A stretch of 64,000 bases of DNA from assembly GCA_029213105.1 (NCBI GenBank), contig JARGNS010000001.1, forward strand, positions 5,129-69,128, written 5' to 3'. Shown piece by piece: positions 25,225 through 34,200 of this stretch. The notes beneath the pieces are model-generated. The model was not told the origin of the DNA and did not search any database. It was given only the letters and a program-made list of their open reading frames with translations. This DNA is from Planctomycetota bacterium (GTDB lineage: Bacteria; Planctomycetota; PLA2; JAEUHO01). The translations under genes were made by a program, and so were the position numbers. Position 1 is the stretch's first letter. Each line of letters begins with the position of its first letter.

Positions 25225-28200
25225 GTGTCGATGCCGTACCTGAAGACTCTGAGCAAGCGCGCCGGTGAGCCCCTTCGCCCCTCCGGGGACGCCGAGGTCG
25301 AGCCGGTCGTCACCGTTGCGGAGGGCTCCGACGAGGAGTTCTTCACCCCCGACTACGGTGAGGCCGAAGAGGTCTTGCCGAGCGCGGGTGCGACGGCAGA
25401 GCAGCCGAAGGACCCCACGAAGAAGGCGCTGTTCCATGGCGTGTTCGATGTGCTCGACCGGTCGCTGAAGGACGGCGACGCACGCAAGGCGCTGTACACC
25501 AAGGTCGCTGCAGACACGGGCCACGAGTTCGTTAAGGGCGTCCGCCGTCTCTCCGAGGACGAGGGAGACGGCGGCGGTCTGATCGAGGACCTGACGCTGG
25601 CTGCCGCTGCGTTCCCGGTGACGCGACCCCTTGCCGCGCTGGCGAAGAGCGCGTTCGACCCCGTCCGCACCAACGACATCAGCGACTACATGATCCGCGG
25701 CGAGTCTGGCGACGAGGCCACGACCACGCGGCTTCGCGACGCCAAGGTCTCGGACGAGGTCAAGGCGGAGCTGGAGAAGTCCGGACGCCAGGCGCTGGCG
25801 GTCCGCGGCGCGCGGGACATCGTGACCGACTCGGTCATGGACCACCTGCGGGCTGCCTACGTCAGCGAGGCTGACTCGCCTGAGGCGGGCAAGGCCCGCT
25901 TCGACGCGCAGATGGAGCGGTGGCGCGCTCTCAAGGAGAAGTCGACCGGCGAGAAGGTCACGACGCGCGAGATGGAGCACGAGATCGCCTTCATGGTCGA
26001 TCAGCGTCTCGGTGGTGCCGTGCAGGGCGAGGGTCCGCTCATGTCCATCGCACGGTCGTCCGTGAAGGACACGGGCAACCTCGTCGAGGCGACGCTGGTC
26101 CGGAACATGGCCGCGGCGCAGCCGCTGTTGAGCGGGGACGACGAGACCGACCGCATCGACCCCAACCGCATCCTCGAGTCCGAGGAGGGTCTCGAGACCG
26201 TCCTGCCAGAGACCACGGCGGAGCGCGCGGAGCGCCTCATCGAGGAGGTTGGCCTCCTCGCGCCGCAGGTCATCGAGGACCAGATCCGTCAGGGCAACCT
26301 CGACTACACGCTGGTGCCGAACTTCTCCGACATGACGACCAAGGCGGTCGCAGAGACTGGCGCTGCGCCCACGACCAAGAACTCCGTGGCGGTCACCGCC
26401 GGTGACGCACAGGCGCTCGCCACTCCGATGATCCAGGAGTTGCTCCACAAGGAGGAGGGCTTCCGCGGCACGGTCTACGACGACCTGAACCCCCAGACCA
26501 ACAACGGACCGATTACCGCGTACGGCGACGCGCTGGGCACCCCGACCATCGGGTACGGGCACGCCATCTCGGCCGACGAGCGCGACCGCTTCGAGAAGTA
26601 CCTGAGCGGCGGCGAGGTCATGTCCAAGGAGGATGCGGTCGCGCTGTTCTTCGAGGACGTGGACGAGCACCAGACGTGGCTGCCGAAGATCAAGAAGCCG
26701 GTGACGCCGGAGATGATCACGGCGCTCACGAGCCTCGCGTTCAACGCCGGACCGAATCATCCCGATGTCGGCAAGGTCATCAACGCCATCAACGAGGGTG
26801 ACTACCAGAAGGCATCCGAGGCGCTGCGTGACGGCGTCGCAACGTCCAAGGGCAAGTTCCTCCAAGGTCTCAAGGACCGGCGCGGTCGCGAGGCTGACCT
26901 CTTCCTGAGCGGAGGTCTGCCGACTGAGCCTGTCGAGGGCGAGGTCACGGAGGTCGAGGCTGTCGACATCGACTCGGACATCATCGACCTTGGGTCGGGC
27001 GACGTCGAGATCAACAAGTTCGAGGAGATGACCGGTACGCAGATGACCGAGGTCGAGGGTGGCTTCTTCGCCGCCATGAAGGACCTCGACGACTACGGCC
27101 TCAAGCCCGCCACGGGCAGCCAGTCGTGGATGCGCGCCACCAAGGCGCTGCGCGTCATCCAGGAGAACAACCCCGAGACCTACGACAAGCTCAAGGGCTT
27201 CGGCGATCTGCCGTCCGGTCAGGGCTTCTACGCTCTCGAGCGTGAGCTTCAGCGGGACTTCCAGACCGAGATGGCGTCACGCCGCCGCGGAGGCGAGGAG
27301 ATCGACCCGGTCAAGGAGCGGGCCCAACTCCGCGCCCGTACGGCGGAGGTCATCGCCTCGGCACGCACCGAGGGTCTGTGGGCAACGCCGTCTCTGGTGA
27401 GCCGCAACTACCTCATGGGGATCGACGAGGTTCCCGAGGAGCTTGGTCTCATCGAGGCCGCGGTCACCCCGCTCATCGAGATCGTGGGCGCGGTCGACGA
27501 CGAGGTCATCTACCGGCAGGAGTCTGCCGCGATGGTGACGCTCAACGCACTCGACGCGGCGCCCATCCTCGGACAGTCGTACAACCTCGGCGTGCTCGAG
27601 AACTACGTGGCCCCTGCCGCGATGGAGTTCTACGAGGATCCCAGCGTCGCGGCCGCAGCCTCTCTCGGCTTGAAGACCGCTGCGCTCGGAAGCTCGCTGT
27701 CGGTAGTCGGTCAGGTCGCGCTGCGCGCGTCTGGTGAGATGACCGAGATGCACGCTGCCGGCGTGCGCGGTGTGACCGAGCGGTCGAACCTCGTCGAGTT
27801 CAGCATGGACATGTCCAGCCGCTTCGGTGAGTGGGCGGTCACCTCGGACGCAGGCGAGGCAGTCCTCACCGCGGCGGTCAAGCGCGATCTCGTCCCGTTC
27901 ATCCCCGACGGCCTCACGGCGGTCGATGAGCGGCAGCGGGTCCTGGCGGCCACTGACGTGGTCCGGGCCGGCTACAAGCTCGCTGGTGTGCCGATCGGCT
28001 TCGCGGCCGCTGTGGCCCATCCTGACCTGTTGCTGCCCCTGAGTTCGACTATCGGGGCGGTGCCGGACGCAATCAAGGCGTACCGGGGACTGAGCAAGGT
28101 CGAGAAGGCGGGGGAGGCGCTCGGTCGCACCAAGCTCTCCGAGATCAACGCAGTGGGCCTCGAGCGCATGGCTGCGACACTCAACACGCTCACTTCGCTG

Positions 28201-31200
28201 TCCGAGGCGGCGCACGTCGACGAGGTCGGGGAGGTCAACGCCGAGGCGCTCGGTCAGTTGCTCCGGGCGATGGACAACTCCGACGCGAGCCTCGCCCGCG
28301 GCGACGACCTCGACGCGGCGCTGCGCGAGGTCAGCCCCCACCCGATGAAGACGATCGACCGCGCCTCCGAGGAGTTCGTCGGCACGCTCGCGCAGAACGG
28401 GAACTACGGCGCGAAGGCCGCCATCGACCCGCAGTTGTCCTCCACGGTCTTCCTCGTGGCTGAGGACGTCATCGCGGCTGCGAAGGCCTCCGGCGACCCC
28501 GAGAAGGTCAAGCTCGCCGAGGAGGCGGCTGCCGCCATGGACCGCCTCGGTCTGGGTCAGGCACTGACCTTGACCCCGAAGACTGCCGACCTCCGGGTCA
28601 AGGACGCGGTCGGGGCGGACAAGGCGTTCAACACCCGGGATCGTGTGCTGGTCTTGCGGCGCACCCTGCAGCTGCTCGATGACGTCGAGGACGGTCGGGG
28701 CATGCGCGAGCGGGTCTTCCAGGGCCGCCTGCTGGCTCCGATCGAGAGCATCGGCAACACGAAGGTCACCGACATCGAGGGGATGCCGCGAGGCATGACC
28801 ACGCGGGCCGCGGTCGACGTGCTCGGCCCCGTGTCTGACGAGACGCTCGAAGCTGGTCTCAAGACCAGCCGCATGGGCGACGCGGCCAAGGCCGAGGTGC
28901 GCGAGAAGCTCAAGACGCTCCGCGAGTGGCACTCGGACTTCACCAAGGCAATCGACGACAACACCATCCTCGACAAGGATGTCAACAAGGCGCTGCGTCA
29001 GCGCTTCGAGGACCTCGGTATCGCGTCGATGACTGGGCGGCTCTTCGAAGGCCCGTCGACCGGGGCTCGGTACCGCCAGGTCGTGAAGTCGATCCGTGGT
29101 GACGTGAGCGCTGTCTCCGGCGCCTCCCCGATGCGGGCCAAGGTCGCGCAGGGTCTCGCCGGCGTCCTGACCTACAACTACTCCCGCGGCCGGGCGATGC
29201 AGGAGTTCGCACGCGCGATGGTCGACGAGGACGCGCTCAAGCTCGCAGGGCTGAGCGTCGACGCCTTCCTCGACCCCAACGGCGGAGCCCACCGGCTCCG
29301 GCGGTTCGCGGCGGCCGTGCAGGTCGGCGGGCGCGAGACGGTGATGAACTTCCTCGGCGGTCTGCCGGGCGGCTCGAAGGTCTCTGGCGACCTCTCCCGG
29401 TCCGCGGTCTCGCAGAACTCTGCGCGAGCGGCCGCGACCCAGATGCTGGCCGACGGTCAGGATGAGTGGTCCACCGCGACCGCCATCCAGAACGCCGTGG
29501 CACGGAAGCTCCGCGCCCGGCACGCCGCGCTCGTGGAGGGCGGCGACGAGGCGCGTGCGCTCGAGGTCTGGGAGCAGGCTCAGGAGGTCGCGAAGCCGGA
29601 GTGGCAGGAGACGCTCGTCCAGTGGATGCACCGGTCGGCAGACGAGTACAACCGGGCACGCGATGCGGGCGAGACGCCTAACCTCGACGAGTTCGAGCTT
29701 CCGGTCGGCATCGACCCGTCCATCCTGCGGACAGGCGACGCTGAGGCGCGCCCGACCGCGGCTGTGAAGGCGTGGGTCGACGACGTGTACGACCCTGCCT
29801 ACGGCAAGATGCCGCCGAAGGAGGCAACTGACCCGGAGCTGACCCCCACGGCGAAGCAGGGCAAGCGCACGACGCGCCCCGCCCTCTCGGCCGAGGACAA
29901 GAAGGGCGTCACGGCGATCCTCGACAACATGGTCCGCTACATGGCTGGCGTCACGTCCGACATGTCGAAGCGGCAGGTCGAGGCGGTGGTCGGCTCGTGG
30001 CTCGACGACAACATCAAGAACGTCCGCCGGGTCGGCGGAGAGACCCAGTACCGCAAGCAGTTCGACGCGCTACGCGGCGAGTTCGAGACGATGGTCGAGG
30101 ACCGGGTGCGTGAGCTTGTCGGCGACGGCCCCGTCACGGACGCCGCGCGGCGCACCGCGCAGCTCGACGCTCTGGACAGCATCCTCCCGGTCATGACTGA
30201 GGCTGAGGCCATCATCCTCACGGGGTCGTACAAGGACTTCATTCAGGACGCCATCCTGACGGCGCGGTTCGGTGACGAGTTCGAGGCGCGGCGCCTGTTC
30301 CAGGGCGCGGGGTCAGCTGCGACAAGCCGCACGGCGCAGGCCGTGATTCAGGCCGCTCATGACGGTCGAGAGGTTACGTTCCAGCAGCAGCGAGGTGCGA
30401 CGTTCCAGGTGCTGCAAGACATCTACGGCATCGCTGAGCGGGCTGTCGCAGCGATCAAGAACAAGCGCAAGAAGTCGGATGTTCACACCCTGCTGACCTT
30501 GGAGAGGCTCGAAGGTCTCGGGCTCGACGCGGACCTCGACGACGCAATGGATATCGAGGGGTTTATCTCGCTTGTGGCGAAGATGTACCTCGACGAGCCC
30601 GACCGCGACGTGTGGGTGAAGTCTGTCCGTGACCTTGTCGCGCTGAACGTGTCGCGACGACACCCGTCAGAGTACAACCGCACCCCCGGCGTCGGCGGGC
30701 GGACGACCCGCCCCTCGGGCTGGGGAGCCCGGCAGCCGGATACCTACCCAGCGCGCAGCGCCCGTCTCGACGTGAAGCGGCTGCTCGCCCAGACGAGTGC
30801 GGGTCGTCAGTGGTGGCGGGCTGCCCGCCCCACGCTCGGCGGCGTCACGCAGGCCGCTGATGTCAGGCGATCGGAGATGTTCTCGAACTTGGGGACCCGA
30901 TCCCCGCTGTTCGTTAAGTGGTTCGAAGGGTCGAAGGTCGTCGATGACTCGGGCCGAGCCGCTCCGATGTGGCTGCGCGGCACTACGCCTACGGGTGAGG
31001 CCGCGGTTACGGACGGCCCGTTGGGGCGCGGAGTCTACGGCGATGACGCGCTGACAGAGCGTCGGATATTCAGCAACGGCGAAGATGACCCCGCCGGGGC
31101 CGCCTACATGAGGCTCGAGAACCCGCTCGAGGTTCCGGCGATGACCCCCGGCGATGGTTGGTTGAAGTACGACAGCCTCGACGTGGGGTATGAACTGCAG

Positions 31201-34200
31201 TCGGCGGTCTGGGAGCGCCTCATGCGCGACAAGCACTACCGGGCAGCGAGCATCGTGCTCGACGGTAAGAAAGTCAAGATCCATGTGGACCACCCCGAGA
31301 TCATGAAGGCGCTGTCCGCTGAGGCTCGCGAGGCGGGTCACGACGGCATCATCGTCAAGTCTTCCTTGTCTTACCACGAGAACGGCTCGCCAGTCGTCTA
31401 CTTCGCGTTCGACAAGAACGCAGTCAAGATCGCTGATGGTAACGCCGGGTTCGACCCGTCCGACGCGCGGATCCTGTTCCAGGCGGCCGAGAACCCCTAC
31501 GCCGAGGCGAACCGCGACATCCTGTCGGGGCTGGCTGCCGAGGCCGCCCGCCGGCGAGAGGTCGAGGGCCTCCCGGTCAGCAAGATCCCGGCACGGAAGT
31601 TGCCGCGCGACCCCGAGGCGCTGCCTGCGGACACGCACCGCTGGCCGGGCGAGGAGCGAGACGCTCTCGACGCGACGGTCGACGCAGCGCGACTGCGCGC
31701 GGACGTGTCGGGTCTCCCCGAGGCTGCGGAGATCACGGGCACGCAGGCGGCCACCAAGGTCGAGCGGCTCATCGGCAAGAGCCGGGACGACGAGCGCCAG
31801 TACTTCTACGACCTCATCGAGTGGCTCTCCGAGAAGGCGGAGCGCGATGCTGGCGTCAACATCGGCGACTTCCGCCGCATGGCGCCCGAGGGTATGACCG
31901 ACGACGAGGTCAAGAAGGTCTACAAGACCTTCATGGACGAGAAGGTCATCGTCCCGAGCAAGAAGAAGGGCCGCCGCGACGTGAGCCCCGAGGAGGTCGC
32001 GAAGGCTCAGACCTTCATCGACGCGCTCATCTACGACATGAGCGAAGAGGGGATCATCGAGTCCCTCGACGTCGCTGGCCGAGTCAGCCGGCTGGACCTC
32101 GACTCCCTGACCCGCCCCGAGACCATCAAGGACGCGGCGGTGCGCGACGTGGTCGAGAAGCTCAAGAAGTACGCTCCTCAGGAGCTGGACGACATGGTCG
32201 AGGCGCGGGCGCCTACGTTCACCGCCGAGGTCAAGAAGCTCGAGAAGGAGCTTCGCCGGGTCGAGCAGTTCCAGAAGGACGCGGTCAAGTCTCTCAAGGA
32301 TCTGAAGGACAAGCGCAAGCGCACCCTGCGGCAGGGCACCATCAACCGTTACGAGCAGGAGAAGCTCCGCCTGCGTGACGCGCTCGACCGCCTCAAGGCG
32401 CGGCGCGACGCGGACGCAGAGGCGCACGCCAACCTCGGCAGCGTCGCTGCGGAGGCTCGCGCCCGCAAGGCTACGTCCGACGGCGCCGGCGGCGTTGGCG
32501 GGCCGCCTCCGGGCGCTGCGGGCGACGCCCCGCTGGAGGGCTCGAACTCGAACGCCAAGGGCATGGCGTACTTCCTGTCTGATGGAAGCGCGCTACTCTA
32601 CGCGTTCAAGAACGCGGACGCGTCCACGGGCCTGCACGAGATGGCGCACGTGATGCGGCGCAACCTGCGCCAGACGCACCTCGAGACCACGCTGGATTGG
32701 GCCAACGACTTCCTCGAGGCCGAGGGCCTCAGCCCGGTGCGGTTGAACGCGCAAGGCAACTTCGAGGGAGAGGTTCGCTCGGTCATCAACGCCGAGGAGC
32801 TGTTCGCCGAGGGCTTCGAGCGCTACCTCCGCGAGGGGGTCGCACCGACGTCTGCGCTGGAGAAGGTCTTCTCGGTCATCCGCGGCCTGATGGCGAAGAT
32901 CTACTCCGCCATCACGGACGAGGCGATCAACGTCGAGATCAGCGACGAGATGTACAACGTCTTCGACGAGATCTTCGGCGCCCAGCGGAAGCTCACGCTG
33001 GACCAGCTCCCCGAGGTCCAGCGTTACCTTGACTTCCAGCGCGCGAGCGAGGGCGGTGAGATGCGGCGCGGCGGTCGTATCGTTGAGCAGTCCCCTGTGG
33101 AGGAGACCGCTGTCGACCACATGCGGCAGACCTTCCGCAGCCTCGATGACTACCGCGCTCGGTTCGGGATGCCGTACGGTGACCCGAAGACGGACCTGAC
33201 GCAGGGTCCCGGCGCCGAGACCCACCGGTCGAAGCCGCTGGGTCCGGTCTCCCGCCGGGCGCTGAGCCTCGGTGAGGTCTCTGAGCGCATGGGCAAGGAC
33301 CCATCCCAGTGGTCGGCCAAGGAGCGCGCCCTGGCGTTCGCTGACAAGGCCGCAATCGGGGTCGCCTCGGGCGTCCAGGCGGTCGCCTTCGGGCTGTTCT
33401 TCGGCGGCGACGCTGAGCGCGCCTACCGGGCACTCCCGGTCGCGGCGCGCTCCCACCTGCGCGGTCCGATGCGCGAGCTGGAGGAGATGCTCGCTGACCT
33501 CTCCATGCTCACGGTCGACTCGAGCCGACTGGTCGGCGACCAGCGCGAGCGCGCTGTCTCCAACATCGTGAAGTTCTTCCGCGGTGCCTCGGTCCAGATG
33601 CAGACCGGAGCACAGCGCGGCCGACGCACGAAGTCCGCCTTCGTGGACTCCGAGCAGCACCTCATCCGCCTGTTCACCCGGGTCTTCGACGCGATCGACG
33701 ACGAGAGCCTCAAGGCTCTGGATGTGGACGCTGAGGCCGTGCTCGCGAAGATCGCTGGCGCAGACCGGGTCCCCGGGCACTCCTCCAGCGGCGCGCTCAG
33801 CGGCCTCTGGCAGGGGTACCGCGTCTCGCGCCCCGAGGTCTCCTCTCGGACCTCCGAGGCGTTCGCCGGCGGCCTCGTCATCAGCGACGACACCCGTGCG
33901 CGGCTGCAGGTGGTCGAGGGCTCGACCGAGTCGGTCCCCGAGTTGTTCGACGACACGCTCGGCAACATCTTCAAGGCGCTGACCGGGCAGAACCTCGGCA
34001 AGGGCGGTCTCGTCCCCGAGGAGGCCCAGAAGGTTGCAGCCCTGATGGTCTTCCACGCCGGCGGGACCCAGATCCGCAAGGGCGGAGAGGTCTTCACCGC
34101 GGCCGACCTGCGCGCTGGGGCCTACGGCCTCGACGCCATCTACAACGGCTCCGTGGTCACGAAGAACGGGGTCACGGTCGAGATCCCCGGGCTGCTCAAG